Shown: in pieces, positions 42,833 through 54,368 of the stretch
How the letters are laid out: each line of letters begins with the position of its first letter
How positions within the stretch are numbered: the first letter of the stretch is position 1
Source of the DNA: Alphaproteobacteria bacterium
Lineage (GTDB): Bacteria > Pseudomonadota > Alphaproteobacteria > JAAXGF01
Assembly (NCBI GenBank): GCA_963555825.3
Contig: CAUVXB020000002.1
Location: 1,376,001 to 1,440,000 of the forward strand
Length of the DNA stretch: 64,000 bases
Direction of reading: 5' to 3'
Program-made: the position numbers and the translations under genes
The notes under the pieces: model-generated
What the model saw: only the letters and a program-made list of their open reading frames with translations
Database searches by the model: none
What the model was told of the DNA's origin: nothing

Positions 42833-43900
42833 CTAGCCGCAGCCCGAGCGTTGCGCTTCCCGCGCCACCTTCTGCTTGAGCTGCGCCGAAGCGCCGGCGT
42901 ACAGCTCGCCGAACTTCTCGAAGGCGATGCAGGCCTCTTCGGTGCGCCCCGAACCAAAGAGCGACATGCCGAGCTTGAGCATGATGTCGGGCGCCTTGTT
43001 GCCGTCGGGGAAGCGCTGCAGGCCAAGCGCGAAGTGGTGCGACGCCGAGGCGTAGTCCTTGACCACGTAATAGGTCTCGCCCAGCCAGTAGTATGCGTTG
43101 TCCGTCAACTCGTGGTCGGGATGGCTCTCGATGAAGGCGTCGAACGCGCGCCGCGCCTCGTCGAATTCGCCCTGCTGTTGCACCGCCTGTTTCAGCACGT
43201 CGTAGGCGTAGTCGTACTGCTGCTTGGGCGTACCGGCGGGCAGCGCCGGTGCCAGCGCGACCATCTCGGTCGGCTCGGCCGCGGCGACCGCACCATCCGT
43301 CGTTACCGCCAGCAGCGCCGAGGCCGGAATAGTGCCGAGCACGCCAGGCTCGTCGGAGACCTGTGGGACGAGGGCCGGCTGCGTCGTTGCCGTCGTCGCT
43401 GGAACGGTCGCCGCCGTCGCCGGGATGGCCGCCGCCGGCGCGGTGAGCGCCGCGGCCGGCGCCATGCCGGTTGCCTGCCCCCGCTCGATCGCGGTCAGCC
43501 GAAAATCGACGTCGGCGACCAGCTTGTCGATCCGTTGGCCGAGCAGATCGATGCCGTGAGCGACCTCTTCGATACGCCCGGTCAGCGTGCGCATCTCGTC
43601 CTCGACCTGGCTGAAGCGGACTTCGAGCTGCGCCGTCCGGGCATCGCCGCCGCCGACCGTTGGCGCCGTCGTCGTCGGCTGAAGCGACGGTGGCGGCACC
43701 TCGCCGCCCTTGTACACGAACCTCTGAAGGTCGCTCATGTCGTTGCGCAGGCGCTCGAGTTCGAGGAGCAACTGCTGAATATTGGAGTCTTGCGCGGCGA
43801 CCGGCGCCGGGACGCCGCCGACCATCAGCACGATCAGCGCCATGACCGCCAATGCGCGAAGAATCGGTGCGTGGTGAATCGGTGCCGAACGAACGGGCAT
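42833..43900 (-). CDS. cpoB: Tol-Pal system protein CpoB/YbgF
   Basis: Signal peptide, coiled coil, TPR NAYYWLGE and KAPDIMLKLG; lies downstream of pal. Confidence 0.9.
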   Translation of the reverse strand: MPVRSAPIHHAPILRALAVMALIVLMVGGVPAPVAAQDSNIQQLLLELERLRNDMSDLQRFVYKGGEVPPPSLQPTTTAPTVGGGDARTAQLEVRFSQVEDEMRTLTGRIEEVAHGIDLLGQRIDKLVADVDFRLTAIERGQATGMAPAAALTAPAAAIPATAATVPATTATTQPALVPQVSDEPGVLGTIPASALLAVTTDGAVAAAEPTEMVALAPALPAGTPKQQYDYAYDVLKQAVQQQGEFDEARRAFDAFIESHPDHELTDNAYYWLGETYYVVKDYASASHHFALGLQRFPDGNKAPDIMLKLGMSLFGSGRTEEACIAFEKFGELYAGASAQLKQKVAREAQRSGCG

Positions 43901-44063
43901 ATGTCGGTTCTCCCCGCCGGTCATACCGCATCGGCGGCAGGGGGCCGGCGCTGCACTCGGCCGACGACGACCGCGCCACCCCCCGTGGCGGACGCGCCGG
44001 CCAAGCCGTTTACCCCATCTATAGTGGGCGCGCCGCCATTGCGCGCCGGGTCCGGTCGAGCCG

Positions 44064-44618
44064 TCAGGCGCCGCCGCTCGACGTGACGAGCGTGACGCCG
44101 CGCCGGTTCTGCGACCAGGCGGCCTCGCTATGGCCGACCGCATCGGGCCGTTCCTTGCCGTAGCTGATCGTCTCGATACGGTTCGGGTCGACGCCGAGCT
44201 GGACGAGGTAGTTCTTCGCCGACGTCGCGCGCCGATCGCCAAGCGCGAGGTTGTATTCGCGCGTGCCGCGTTCGTCGCAATGGCCCTCGATCATGATCGT
44301 CGCGCTGGGCCACTGGCTCAGCCACGCCGCCTGGCGCTCAAGCGTCCGTTGGGCCGAGGCGTTCAAAACCGCCTTGTCGAGATCGAAGAAGACGCGATCG
44401 CCGACGTTGACGACGAGGTCATCCTGGGTACCAGGCGTCGGCCCCATGGGCTCGGCCGGCATCGGCTCGGGCACCGCCTCCTGGGTCATCTCGCCACCAC
44501 CCGTCGAGCTTGCGGTCGTATCGCCACCGCCGCTGGTGTCACTCGATTGATCCGGCGTCGTCTCGCACGCGGCGACCAATAGCAGCGCCGCGAAAAGACC
44601 AACGAACTTATTCCACAT
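44064..44618 (-). CDS. pal: Peptidoglycan-associated lipoprotein
   Basis: Lipobox VAAC; EGHCDERGTREYN and SYGKERP. Confidence 0.96.
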   Translation of the reverse strand: MWNKFVGLFAALLLVAACETTPDQSSDTSGGGDTTASSTGGGEMTQEAVPEPMPAEPMGPTPGTQDDLVVNVGDRVFFDLDKAVLNASAQRTLERQAAWLSQWPSATIMIEGHCDERGTREYNLALGDRRATSAKNYLVQLGVDPNRIETISYGKERPDAVGHSEAAWSQNRRGVTLVTSSGGA

Positions 44619-44768
44619 ATAAAAACTCTCCTCTGCCGGGATTAATTCTTCGATCTGCGTCTGCTACACCTTGGAGTGACAGTCGAACCCACGCAAGTTG
44701 ACGAGAATCGACTCCTGAAACCGTTGAAATCGGCCGAAAAACCGCCACTGGACTATACTGTGCGCCAT

Positions 44769-46109
44769 TTACGGAATCAAGGGGGACCAAGCCGGGTCTG
44801 ACGCCTCTGCGGGCGTCACGATCTCGCGCTCGTTGTAGCCGGTCAGGTCGATCGAATACAGCTTCACGCTGCCCGGGTCGTTGCCGCCGCCGGCCGTCTG
44901 ACGAAAGAACATGATGACCCGGCCGTTCGGCGCCCAGGTCGGTCCTTCGACAAGGAAACCACTGGCCAGCAGCCGTTCGCCCTTGCCGTCGGGGCGCATG
45001 ACGCCGATATAGAACTGCCCCTTGTAGATCTTGGTGAAGGCGATCAGATCGCCCCGCGGCGACCACACCGGGGTGGCATAGCGGCCATTGCCGAAGCTGA
45101 CCCGCTTGACGTTCCGGCCGTCCGAATCCATCACGTAAATTTGTTGTGATCCACCGCGGTCCGAGTTGAACGCGATGAAGCGTTCGTCGGGCGCGAATGA
45201 CGGCGACGTGTCGATCGCCAGGTGATCGGTCAGCCGCTTCACGCGCCGCGTGCGCAGATCCATCGTATAGACGTCGGAATTGCCTTCGCTCGAGAGGCTC
45301 ATGATGATCTTGTTGCCGTCGGGCGAGAAGCGCGGCGCGAAGGTCATGTTTGGGAAATTGCCAACGACCTCTTGCTGGCCGGTGTCGATGTGCAGGATGT
45401 AGACGCGCGGCTGGTTGTGGAAATAGGAGAGATAGGTGATCTCCTGGGCCGACGCCGAGAAACGTGGCGTCAGCACCAGATGCTCGCCGTTGGTAAGAAA
45501 TCGGTGATTCTCGCCATCTTGGTCCATGATCGCGAGGCGTTTGATCCGCTTCGTCGCCGGCCCCGATTCCGAAATGTAGACGATGCGGGTATCGAAGTAG
45601 CCGGTCTCGCCGGTGATCCGCTTGTAAATCTGGTCGGCGACCTTATGCGCGACGCGCCGCCATGCGCTGGGCTGCGCCCGGAAGATCAGCCCGACCATCT
45701 GCTGTTCGGCGAAGACGTCCCAAAGCTGGAATGTCACCTTGATGCGCCCGTCGGTCTGGCGTTCGACGACGCCACTGACCAGCGCCTCGGCATTGATCTG
45801 GCGCCAGTCGCCGAAGCGCGGCGAACCGCGGATCGCCTCGGGCCGTTGGATGAACGCCTTGTCGTCGATCGGGCTGAACAGGCCCGACCGCTCGAGGTCG
45901 CTGGCGACTACCCTGGCGAGATCGGCGCCGATCGCCTGCTCGGCGCCGCTGCCGACGAAGCGGCTGACGGCGATCGGCATCGGCTCGACGGATCCGCGCG
46001 TGATGTCGATCTTGAGTTCCGCGAACGCCGTCGCCGGGCCCGCGCACCAAAGCGCCAAGGCGACTACCGCCAGTCCGAGCAACCGTTTCATATGCGACAT
46101 TCGATGCAT
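44769..46109 (-). CDS. tolB: Tol-Pal beta-propeller protein TolB
   Basis: [17 protein letters not shown]40 repeats and DPAWSP. Confidence 0.96.
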   Translation of the reverse strand: MHRMSHMKRLLGLAVVALALWCAGPATAFAELKIDITRGSVEPMPIAVSRFVGSGAEQAIGADLARVVASDLERSGLFSPIDDKAFIQRPEAIRGSPRFGDWRQINAEALVSGVVERQTDGRIKVTFQLWDVFAEQQMVGLIFRAQPSAWRRVAHKVADQIYKRITGETGYFDTRIVYISESGPATKRIKRLAIMDQDGENHRFLTNGEHLVLTPRFSASAQEITYLSYFHNQPRVYILHIDTGQQEVVGNFPNMTFAPRFSPDGNKIIMSLSSEGNSDVYTMDLRTRRVKRLTDHLAIDTSPSFAPDERFIAFNSDRGGSQQIYVMDSDGRNVKRVSFGNGRYATPVWSPRGDLIAFTKIYKGQFYIGVMRPDGKGERLLASGFLVEGPTWAPNGRVIMFFRQTAGGGNDPGSVKLYSIDLTGYNEREIVTPAEASDPAWSPLIP

Positions 46110-46152
46110 CCTGTCCCCGCGACGTAAGCCATTGTGATCAATTCGTTTAGGT

Positions 46153-47061
46153 TCAGACCGGTGGTCTGAACCGGAAAGTTATCTCGCGCCACTCCTCGTA
46201 GCGGTCGGGCGGCAGGTCGTGCAAGGGGCTTGCCTGCAGGACCGCGCGCCGCGCGCTTTCCGCCATCGACCGATAGTACTCGCCGCCGGGCTGTGCCATG
46301 CGCGCCCGGTCGACGATCTCCGCCTTGCGTACGGTGCCGTCGGGCAGCAGCGAGATGTAAATCTCGACGTCGAGCTCGCCGGCGTCGCGCGCGCCGGCCG
46401 GCACGTTCCACTTCTCCTCGACCTGACGGCGAATCGAATCGCTTACCGTCATCGACAGCGGCTCGTCGCGCGCCGAGGTCACGGTCGACGGCGTCGGTGC
46501 GGCCACGGCCGGCGCGATTTCGGGCTCCGGCGCACGCCGCTTTGGCGCGCTCTCGGTCAGGTCCTTGAGCAGCGTGTCGAACTGCTGCTTCTTGGCCGGC
46601 GCCTTGGGCTTCGACGGCGGCGCCGGTGGCGTATCGACGTCGAGCGCGGCGAGGCGCTCAGGCTTCGACGGCGGCGGCGGCGCCTCGGCCACCTCGGGTT
46701 CCGGCAGTGGCTCGACGATTTCGGGCTCGGGTTCGGGTTCCGGCACTGGCGGTGGCGGCGCCTCGACGACCTCCGGTATCGGCGCTGGCTCGGGCGGCGC
46801 CGGTTCGGGCAACGCCTCGGGCTCGGGCGGCACCGGATCCGGCTCGGGCAACGGTGGGATGTCCGCCGTTTCGACCGGCTCGGGTTTGGCCGCCGGCGCC
46901 GGCGGCGGCGGGTTGGAAATCTCGGCGACGGTCACGATCTCGACCGCGATCGACTGCGTCATGTCGAACTCGGGCTCGAAGAACGACGGCAAGCCAAAGA
47001 AGACCAGCGCAGCGACGCACAGGTGCAGCAGGAACGACGATATGGGGGCGCCAAATCGCAC
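46153..47061 (-). CDS. tolA: TolA / TonB-like energy transducer
   Basis: N-terminal TM helix with His, Pro/Glu-rich linker, C-terminal domain; lies between tolR and tolB. Confidence 0.85.
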   Translation of the reverse strand: MRFGAPISSFLLHLCVAALVFFGLPSFFEPEFDMTQSIAVEIVTVAEISNPPPPAPAAKPEPVETADIPPLPEPDPVPPEPEALPEPAPPEPAPIPEVVEAPPPPVPEPEPEPEIVEPLPEPEVAEAPPPPSKPERLAALDVDTPPAPPSKPKAPAKKQQFDTLLKDLTESAPKRRAPEPEIAPAVAAPTPSTVTSARDEPLSMTVSDSIRRQVEEKWNVPAGARDAGELDVEIYISLLPDGTVRKAEIVDRARMAQPGGEYYRSMAESARRAVLQASPLHDLPPDRYEEWREITFRFRPPV

Positions 47062-47064
47062 GTC

Positions 47065-47511
47065 TCACCTCGCCACCTTAGTGCCAGGCAGGACCGCGAT
47101 GAGCGCGATGTTGTCGAAGCCGGCCTCGGCGAGCACGCCCATGACCTCCATGACCCGGCCGTAATCGATCGCCTTGTCGCCGCGCACGAAGATGCGCGTC
47201 TCGGGCTTGCGCAGGGTGATCGCACCGAGCCGGGGCGCCAGCTCGTCAATGGCGATCTCGGTGTCCTGCAGGAAGATCTTGCCGTCGGCGTCGATGCTGA
47301 CCGCCAGCGGCTCGTCCTCGCCGCGGATTTCAGGCACCGTGCTTTCCGGCAGATCGATCGGCACGCCGACCGTCAACAGTGGCGCCGTGATCATGAACAC
47401 GACCAGCAGCACCAGCATGACGTCGACGACCGGCGTCACGTTGATCTCGTGCATCAGGCCGTGCGAGCGGCGCGCGCTGCGTCGCGACGATGTCGGGGTG
47501 ACGGTCGTCAT
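47065..47511 (-). CDS. tolR: TolR
   Basis: EINVTPVVDVMLVLL and FVRGDK. Confidence 0.93.
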   Translation of the reverse strand: MTTVTPTSSRRSARRSHGLMHEINVTPVVDVMLVLLVVFMITAPLLTVGVPIDLPESTVPEIRGEDEPLAVSIDADGKIFLQDTEIAIDELAPRLGAITLRKPETRIFVRGDKAIDYGRVMEVMGVLAEAGFDNIALIAVLPGTKVAR

Positions 47512-48251
47512 CCGACGATGCCCTCCTCCTCGAGCTGGCGTGACAGGATCGCCGAGAATTCGGCCGAGAAGGTCTCGAGCCGTCCCTCATAGCGACCCAG
47601 ATCGGTCGACAGCTTGTTGTAGGCGACCACCGCCGGGATCGCCGCGACCAGGCCAAGCGCGGTCGCGAACAGCGCCTCGGCGATGCCCGGCGCGACCACC
47701 GCAAGCGACGAGTTCTTGCTCACCGCGATCGCCTGGAAACTGTCCATGATGCCCCACACCGTGCCGAACAGGCCGACGAACGGCGCCGTAGAGCCGACCG
47801 TGGCGAGGAAGTTCATATAGCGCTCCAACGCGTCGACCTCGCGGTCCAGCGTGATCTGCATCGCCTGGGTGATGCGCTGGTGCAGGCCGACCGTGAGGCC
47901 CTTGCCGGTCGCCGCCAGTCCGCGCGACAGCGAGCGCCGCCACTCGGCCATCGCGGCGGCGAAGATCGCCGCCATCGGATGATCGGCCTGCTTGCCGATG
48001 CGGTCGTAGAGTTCCTCAAGCGAGCCGCCCGACCAGAAAGATTCCTCGAACTTCTCGGCCTGGCCGCGCAGACGGCGAAAGCGCATGACCTTCTCGAAGA
48101 TGATCGTCCAGCTCCAGAACGACGCGACAATCAGCACGATCAGCACGAACTTGACGATCGGATCGGCCTCGAGGAAGAGCCCGATGATCGACAGCGGCTC
48201 GAACCCGACCGAACCCTCCAAAGCGATTGTTTCAACGGCGGTTTCTTGCAT
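47508..48251 (-). CDS. tolQ: TolQ
   Basis: APFVGLFGTVWGIM and APGIAEALFATA. Confidence 0.95.
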   Translation of the reverse strand: MQETAVETIALEGSVGFEPLSIIGLFLEADPIVKFVLIVLIVASFWSWTIIFEKVMRFRRLRGQAEKFEESFWSGGSLEELYDRIGKQADHPMAAIFAAAMAEWRRSLSRGLAATGKGLTVGLHQRITQAMQITLDREVDALERYMNFLATVGSTAPFVGLFGTVWGIMDSFQAIAVSKNSSLAVVAPGIAEALFATALGLVAAIPAVVAYNKLSTDLGRYEGRLETFSAEFSAILSRQLEEEGIVG

Positions 48252-48254
48252 CGA

Positions 48255-48701
48255 CTATGCCCCGGACAACGGTTGTATGACATTTTGCATGGCAGCGCGC
48301 AGCGCGGCGGGCAGCCGCCTCGGCTTGCCCGCCGGCGTGACGAAAGCGAGGCGCAGCAGAAGCCGCGCCAGGTCGACCGCACCACGCAGCACGGTCTGTT
48401 CGAGATCGGCGCTGGCGCCGCCCAGCGCGACGACGCGCGTGCGCACCTCGACTTCGTCGTCGAGCCGCGCGGGACGCAAGTAGTCGATCTCGCAGCGGCG
48501 CACGACCCAGCTGGCGCCCGCGTTCTCGGCGAGGCCGCTGTTCTCGAAGCCGAGCCCGCGCAGCCATTCGGTGCGCGCCCTCTCGGCGAATTTCAGATAG
48601 TTGGCGTAGTAGACCAGCCCGCCGGCGTCGGTGTCCTCGTAGTAGACACGCAGCGTCATGCTGTGCACGCCGGCCGCATTGACGCCGACGGCCTCAGTCA
48701 T
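48255..48701 (-). CDS. ybgC: Tol-Pal-associated acyl-CoA thioesterase
   Basis: [19 protein letters not shown]. Confidence 0.93.
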   Translation of the reverse strand: MTEAVGVNAAGVHSMTLRVYYEDTDAGGLVYYANYLKFAERARTEWLRGLGFENSGLAENAGASWVVRRCEIDYLRPARLDDEVEVRTRVVALGGASADLEQTVLRGAVDLARLLLRLAFVTPAGKPRRLPAALRAAMQNVIQPLSGA

Positions 48702-49752
48702 GGTCGGCCTCCTCGGCCTCCTCGGCGGCCAGCAGATCGAGCTGCTCGGCAATCTCTCTGGGCAGCGTGAGACCGAGATGGCGGAAGCTCGCCGGCGTCA
48801 AGACGCGGCCGCGCGGCGTGCGCTTCAACAATCCCTGCTGGATCAGGAACGGCTCGATGACGTCCTCGATCGCGTCGCGTTGCTCGGACAGCGCCGCCGC
48901 CAGGGTCTCGACGCCGACCGGGCCGCCCGCGTAGTGCTCGGCGATCAGCGCCAGATAGCGGCGGTCCATGGCATCGAGGCCGCGGCCGTCGACCTCGAGA
49001 CGGTTGAGCGCCGCGTCGGCCGCCGCCGCGTCGATGCGGGCGATGCCGGTCACGGCGGCGATGTCGCGCACGCGGCGCAACAGCCGGGTGGCGACGCGTG
49101 GCGTGCCGCGCGCGCGGCGGGAAATCTCGGCGGCGCCGTCATCGGTCAGCGGCGCATCGAGCACGCGCGCGCCGCGCACGACGATCTCGCGCAGCTCGTC
49201 CGGTTCGTAGAAACCCAGGCGCAGCGGGATGCCGAAACGCTCGCGCAGCGGCGTCGAGATCAGCCCCGAGCGCGTCGTCGCGCCGACCAGCGTGAAGGGT
49301 GGCAGGTCGAGCCGTACCGAGCGCGCCGCCGGCCCCTCGCCGATGATCAGGTCAAGCTCGAAGTCCTCCATCGCCGGGTAGAGAATCTCCTCGACCGCCG
49401 GGTTGAGCCGGTGGATTTCGTCGATGAACAACACGTCGCGCGGCTCGAGGTTGGTGACGATCGCCGCCAGGTCGCCGGCGCGCGCCAGCACAGGCCCCGA
49501 CGTCGCGCGGAAACCGACGCCCAGTTCGCGCGCGGTGATCTGCGCCAGCGTCGTCTTGCCCAGCCCGGGTGGCCCGTAGAACAGCACGTGGTCGAGCGCA
49601 TCGCCGCGGCCGCGCGCCGCCTGGACGAAGACGGAAAGGTTGTCGCACACCTGGCGCTGGCCGATGAAGTCGTCGAGCACCGCCGGGCGAAGCTTGATCT
49701 CGCCGCCGTCCTCGGCACCGGAATCGGCGGTCACGACACGCTCCTCGCTCAT
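48694..49752 (-). CDS. ruvB: Holliday junction branch migration helicase RuvB
   Basis: [17 protein letters not shown] and RGTPR. Confidence 0.97.
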   Translation of the reverse strand: MSEERVVTADSGAEDGGEIKLRPAVLDDFIGQRQVCDNLSVFVQAARGRGDALDHVLFYGPPGLGKTTLAQITARELGVGFRATSGPVLARAGDLAAIVTNLEPRDVLFIDEIHRLNPAVEEILYPAMEDFELDLIIGEGPAARSVRLDLPPFTLVGATTRSGLISTPLRERFGIPLRLGFYEPDELREIVVRGARVLDAPLTDDGAAEISRRARGTPRVATRLLRRVRDIAAVTGIARIDAAAADAALNRLEVDGRGLDAMDRRYLALIAEHYAGGPVGVETLAAALSEQRDAIEDVIEPFLIQQGLLKRTPRGRVLTPASFRHLGLTLPREIAEQLDLLAAEEAEEADHD

Positions 49753-50354
49753 CGGCCGAGCTCGCGCAGGCCGGCGCGGATCAGGACGTCGAGCTCGGCC
49801 TCGCCGGCCATCGACCGCGCCGCGCCGGCCACGGCCATCGCCGCCTCGGTGCGCCGATAGCCGAGGTTGACCAGCGCCGAGACGGCGTCGCCCTCGACGC
49901 CGACCTCGATCAGCGTCGCACCGCCGGTCACGCCGGCCGGATGCAACGCCAGTCCGCCGACCGCGTCCTTGAGCTCGGCAACGATGCGGCCCGCGAGCTT
50001 GGCGCCGACGCCGTTGGCCTGGGCCACCGCCGCCTTGTCCTGCGCCGCGATGATGAGCATCAGATCACCCGGCGCATGCACGCTCAGGATCGCCAACGCG
50101 ACCCGCGCGCCGACGCCCTGGACCGACTGCAAGAGCCGGAACCAGTCGCGCTCGGCCTCGTCGGCGAAGCCGTAGAGGTGGATGTGGTCTTCGCGCACAT
50201 GGGTCTCGACGTGGATCACGACCGGCTGGCCGGCCGCCGGCAGCGCGCGCATCGTGCGGCCCGAGCAGAACACCAGATAGCCGACGCCGCCGACGTCGAC
50301 CACGGCGTGATCGTCGCCGACCGAATCGAGCAACCCGGCGAGCTTGGCGATCAT
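49749..50354 (-). CDS. ruvA: Holliday junction branch migration protein RuvA
   Basis: [21 protein letters not shown] and ALVNLGY. Confidence 0.96.
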   Translation of the reverse strand: MIAKLAGLLDSVGDDHAVVDVGGVGYLVFCSGRTMRALPAAGQPVVIHVETHVREDHIHLYGFADEAERDWFRLLQSVQGVGARVALAILSVHAPGDLMLIIAAQDKAAVAQANGVGAKLAGRIVAELKDAVGGLALHPAGVTGGATLIEVGVEGDAVSALVNLGYRRTEAAMAVAGAARSMAGEAELDVLIRAGLRELGR

Positions 50355-50866
50355 GCGGCGGTCTCGGCGATGCGCGCGTCGACGCGCCGTCGCGTCGCGG
50401 CGTGGTGCGCGTGGCAGATCGCGACGGCGAGCGCATCGGCCGCGTCGCTGCTCTTGGGCAGGCAGCCGGGCAGCAGCCGGCGCACCATCTCGGCGACCTG
50501 GCGCTTGTCGGCATGGCCGGTGCCGACGACCGACTTCTTGACCAGGTTGGCGGCATACTCGCTGACCGCAAGCCCGGCACGCGCCGGCGCCAGCAGCACG
50601 ACGCCACGCGCCAGGCCGAGCTTGAGCGTCGAGGCGGCGTTCTTGCTGACGAAAGTCTCCTCGACCGCCGCCGTTTCGGGCTGGTAGCTGTCGATGATCG
50701 CGCTGAGGCCCTCGTGGATCTGCAAGAGGCGGCCGGCGGTCGTTTCGTCGCTGTTGGTCTTCACCGTGCCATTGCCGACATGGCTGAGCTTGTTGCCGTC
50801 GACGTCGATGACGCCCCAGCCGGTGACGCGCAAGCCGGGATCGAGACCGAGGACCCTCATCGTCAC
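50351..50866 (-). CDS. ruvC: Crossover junction endodeoxyribonuclease RuvC
   Basis: LGLDPG, AVEETF and [12 protein letters not shown]. Confidence 0.96.
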   Translation of the reverse strand: MTMRVLGLDPGLRVTGWGVIDVDGNKLSHVGNGTVKTNSDETTAGRLLQIHEGLSAIIDSYQPETAAVEETFVSKNAASTLKLGLARGVVLLAPARAGLAVSEYAANLVKKSVVGTGHADKRQVAEMVRRLLPGCLPKSSDAADALAVAICHAHHAATRRRVDARIAETAA

Positions 50867-50870
50867 GGCA

Positions 50871-50884
50871 CCCCCCCCCCCCCC
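50871..50884. repeat. C14 (G14 on the coding strand) homopolymer between yebC and ruvC
   Basis: 14 consecutive C seen directly. Confidence 0.8.
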
Positions 50885-51634
50885 TCAGGCGCTGAGTTTT
50901 TCCATGACGTCCTCGGGGACGTCATAGTTGGCCGAAACCGCCTGCACGTCGTCGCTGTCCTCGAGCGCCTCGAGCAGTCTGAACAGTTGGTCCGCGGTAT
51001 CCTCGTCGACCGGCACCAGGTTCTGTGGGCGCCACACCAGCTTGGCGCTGGCCGGCGGGCCGAAGCGCGCCTCGAGCGCATCGCGCACGTCGCTTAACTG
51101 GTCGTCGGCGCAGATCACCTCATGGCCTACCTCGCCCGATTCGCAGTCGTCGGCGCCGGCCTCCAAGGCGGCCTCGAACATCTCTTCGGCGCTCGCCGCG
51201 TCGGCCGGATAGCCGACTGCGCCGACGTGGTCGAACATGAAGGTGACGCTGCCCGTTCCGCCCATCGTGCCGCCGTTCTTGTTGAAGGCGGTGCGCATCT
51301 CGGCGGCGGTCCGGTTGCGGTTGTCGCTGAGCGCCTCGACGATGACCGCAACGCCGCCCGGCGCGTAGCCCTCGTAGCGCACCTCGTCGAACTGAGCGCC
51401 GTCGTCGTCGCCGCCGCCACGCTTGATCGCGCGCTCCACCGTGTCCTTGGGCATATTGGCCGCCTTGGCGGCCTGCAACGCGGTGCGCAGACGCGGGTTC
51501 ATCGCCGGGTCGGGAAGCCCCGACCGCGCCGCGACGGTCAGTTCGCGAATCAATTTGGTGAACAGTTTGGCCCGCTTGGCGTCCTGTGCGCCCTTGCGGT
51601 ACATGATGTTCTTGAACTGGGAATGGCCGGCCAT
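50885..51634 (-). CDS. yebC: YebC/PmpR family protein
   Basis: [15 protein letters not shown] and YEGYAPGG. Confidence 0.96.
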   Translation of the reverse strand: MAGHSQFKNIMYRKGAQDAKRAKLFTKLIRELTVAARSGLPDPAMNPRLRTALQAAKAANMPKDTVERAIKRGGGDDDGAQFDEVRYEGYAPGGVAVIVEALSDNRNRTAAEMRTAFNKNGGTMGGTGSVTFMFDHVGAVGYPADAASAEEMFEAALEAGADDCESGEVGHEVICADDQLSDVRDALEARFGPPASAKLVWRPQNLVPVDEDTADQLFRLLEALEDSDDVQAVSANYDVPEDVMEKLSA

Positions 51635-51779
51635 CGCCTCACTTCAACTGTATTCAACCGTATATAGTCGGGCCGCAGCCACAAAATACCACATCCGGTG
51701 GCGGGAACTACTCAATAACGCTATTGCGCCAATGTGGCAAGATTAGGGCGCGCGTGACGACCTTTTCCGCGCGCTTCGC

Positions 51780-52568
51780 CTACACGAACGCGCGCAGTGC
51801 GTCGAGCGTTTCGTTGGGCCGCTCGGCGATCGTCATGTGGCCACAGCCGGCGAAGCCGACGGTCTCGACCTCGGTCAGTTCGGCGGCGAGTTTGGCGGCG
51901 CCCTTAGGCGGCGTCATCATGTCCATCTCGCCGACGATCAGCTGCACCGGGCAGGTCACCTTGGTCGCCGTGGCGAGCGCGCCGGTGTAGTCGTTGCACG
52001 CCGTGAGGTCGGTGAACAGCAGCCCCGGCGCGGCTCGCTCGAACAGCCGCATGGCATTGCCCAGAACCCATAGCCCGGGCGCCGGCTGGCCGCCGACATG
52101 GCCGACCGGGCCGTGGCACCAGTCGACCATCAGCTCGAAGGCGCGGTGGTCACAGGCCTCGGCCGCGGCGAGCAGATCGGGATGCACCTTCATGGCGTCG
52201 GCCGCGCCGGCGAGCGAGATCTTGCGCACCCGCTCGGGCGCCCGCGCCGCGGCCTCAAGCGCGATATAGGTGCCCATCGAGAAGCCGATCAGAGTCGCCG
52301 TCTCGATGCCGGCGGCGTCGAGCACGTCGATCAGCCATTCGCCCATCGCCTCGACGGTCGCCAGCGGCGGTCCCTCGGACTGCCCGTGCTCCGGCATGTC
52401 GGGCCCCAGCACGCCGTATCCTTCCTGGGCGAAATAGCGCATCGGCACGGCCCACACCGTGTGGTCGAGCGAGGCGCCCGAGATGAACACCACGGCCGGC
52501 TTCGCGTTGTCGAACACCGTCCCCCCGGTGCCGGCACCGACTGTTCGGCCCTTGACGTTGAGCTTCAT
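51780..52568 (-). CDS. Alpha/beta hydrolase
   Basis: GFSMG nucleophile elbow, D..TP and GH catalytic His. Confidence 0.85.
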   Translation of the reverse strand: MKLNVKGRTVGAGTGGTVFDNAKPAVVFISGASLDHTVWAVPMRYFAQEGYGVLGPDMPEHGQSEGPPLATVEAMGEWLIDVLDAAGIETATLIGFSMGTYIALEAAARAPERVRKISLAGAADAMKVHPDLLAAAEACDHRAFELMVDWCHGPVGHVGGQPAPGLWVLGNAMRLFERAAPGLLFTDLTACNDYTGALATATKVTCPVQLIVGEMDMMTPPKGAAKLAAELTEVETVGFAGCGHMTIAERPNETLDALRAFV

Positions 52569-52742
52569 GATTACTTTGCTTTCCGATCATCTTCGCTGCG
52601 CGAAGATAACCTGCGCTCAATCGCCGCGCATGCCAATTTAAACTCCACAAGGACTGGCCGAACGGTCGGCGGCGCCCCTCTTGTCCCAATTAGACTGGCG
52701 CGCGCTGGGACGTGCCGTTAAACGATTCGATGCAAACATGCC

Positions 52743-54038
52743 CTACCCCTTCTGCGAGGCGCGCAGGCCGCGTTCGAGGTCGTCGATCAGGTCCGCCGGG
52801 TCCTCGACGCCGATCGAGAGCCGCACCAGGTCCTCGCCGACGCCGGCGGCCTCGAGCTCCTCGGCGCTCATCTGCTGGTGCGTCGTGGATGCCGGATGGA
52901 TGACCAGCGAGCGCGCGTCGCCGACGTTGGCGAGATGCGAGAACAGTTCGAGCGCCTCGATGAACTTGCGGCCCGCCGGGCGCCCGCCCTTGAGCCCGAA
53001 GCTGAAGATCGCGCCGCAGCCCTTGGGCAGCAGCTTCTTGGCGAGCGCGTGGTCGGGGTGGTTCTCGAGGTTGGGGTGGCTGACCCAGTCGACCGCCGCA
53101 TGGCCATCGAGATGGGCGACGATCTTGTCCGCGTTCTCGACGTGGCGCGCCATCCGCATGGGCAGCGTCTCGACGCCCTGGATGATGTAGAACGCGTTGG
53201 CCGGGCTCATGCAGGCGCCGAAGTCGCGCAGGCCCTCGACGCGGGCGCGCATGACGAAGGCCAGCGGGCCGAATTCGTCGGCGAAGTCGATACCGTGATA
53301 GCCGGCGTAGGGCTCGGTCAGCGTCGGGAACAGATCGCCGGCGTCCCAGTCGAACTGGCCGCCGTCGATCAGCGCACCGCCCATGGCGACGCCGTGGCCG
53401 CCGAGGAACTTGGTCACCGAGTGGTAGACCATGTCGGCGCCCAACTCGATCGGCCGGCTGAGATACGGCGTCGCGAAGGTGTTGTCGACCAGCAGCGGCA
53501 GGCCGTGGTCGTGGGCCACGGCCGCGATACGCGGGATGTCGAGCACCTCGAGCCCCGGGTTGCCGAGCGTCTCACCGAACACGAGCCGCGTCTCGGGCCG
53601 GATCGCCGCACCGAAGGCGCCCGCGTCGCGCGGGTCGACCAGCGTGGTGGTGATGCCGAAGCGCGGCAGCGTGTGGACGAACAGGTTGTGGCTGCCGCCG
53701 TAGAGCGAGCGCGACGAGACGATATGGCCGCCCGCCCCCATCAGCGTCATCACCGCGAGCGACAGCGCCGCCTGGCCCGACGCCGTGCACACCGAGCCGA
53801 CGCCGCCTTCGAGCGCCGCGAGTCGCTCCTCGAGCACCGCCGTCGTCGGGTTCGAGATGCGCGAATAGATGTGGCCCGAACGCGACAGGTTGAACAGCGA
53901 GGCGGCCTCGTCGGTGTCGCGGAAGACGTAAGACGTCGTCTGGTAAATCGGCACGGCGCGCGCGCCGGTCGTCGGGTCGGGCCGGTAGCCGGCGTGGACG
54001 GTACGCGTGTCGAATCGATGAAACTTGGGCTCGACCAT
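52743..54038 (-). CDS. metY: O-acetylhomoserine aminocarboxypropyltransferase / sulfhydrylase
   Basis: PIYQTTSY, YSRISNPT, HSVTKFLGGHG and HLANVGD. Confidence 0.88.
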   Translation of the reverse strand: MVEPKFHRFDTRTVHAGYRPDPTTGARAVPIYQTTSYVFRDTDEAASLFNLSRSGHIYSRISNPTTAVLEERLAALEGGVGSVCTASGQAALSLAVMTLMGAGGHIVSSRSLYGGSHNLFVHTLPRFGITTTLVDPRDAGAFGAAIRPETRLVFGETLGNPGLEVLDIPRIAAVAHDHGLPLLVDNTFATPYLSRPIELGADMVYHSVTKFLGGHGVAMGGALIDGGQFDWDAGDLFPTLTEPYAGYHGIDFADEFGPLAFVMRARVEGLRDFGACMSPANAFYIIQGVETLPMRMARHVENADKIVAHLDGHAAVDWVSHPNLENHPDHALAKKLLPKGCGAIFSFGLKGGRPAGRKFIEALELFSHLANVGDARSLVIHPASTTHQQMSAEELEAAGVGEDLVRLSIGVEDPADLIDDLERGLRASQKG

Positions 54039-54127
54039 GACGTTCCCCCGGGGGCTCGTGAATTGGCGGCCCGCACAGTACACAGGGCGCGCGGGAGCGT
54101 CCAGCCGGTGCGGGCCTAGATCGTATG

Positions 54128-54263
54128 TCACGCGGAGGCGCGGAGGACGCGGAGGTGGATGGATATGACGACCATATGTTTTGGAGGAAGTTACTGATAC
54201 CAAATCTGCGGCGGCGAGGCTTCCACGTCATCGCTTCTCCGCGCACTCCGCGCCTCCGCGTGA
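54128..54263. repeat. MITE-like element with 27-bp inverted ends built from CGCGGAG units
   Basis: TCACGCGGAGGCGCGGAGGACGCGGAG ... CTCCGCGCACTCCGCGCCTCCGCGTGA around an ~82-bp lower-GC interior. Confidence 0.8.
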
Positions 54264-54368
54264 ACCAAACGACGGCGGCCACCGGGCACGCCACTTGCCA
54301 TCGCCGCCCCGTTGCGCCGATGATCGGGCCGTGAAGCACGCCGCAGTCAAACCCCGGAGATTCGCGCG

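Noticed and set aside
46600-46910. Repetitive GGCTCGGG/CCGAGCC sequence in tolA
   Set aside because: Ordinary Pro-Glu linker coding sequence.
54039-54127. SAM riboswitch upstream of metY
   Set aside because: No recognisable SAM-II or SAM-SAH consensus seen by eye; an Rfam scan would be needed.
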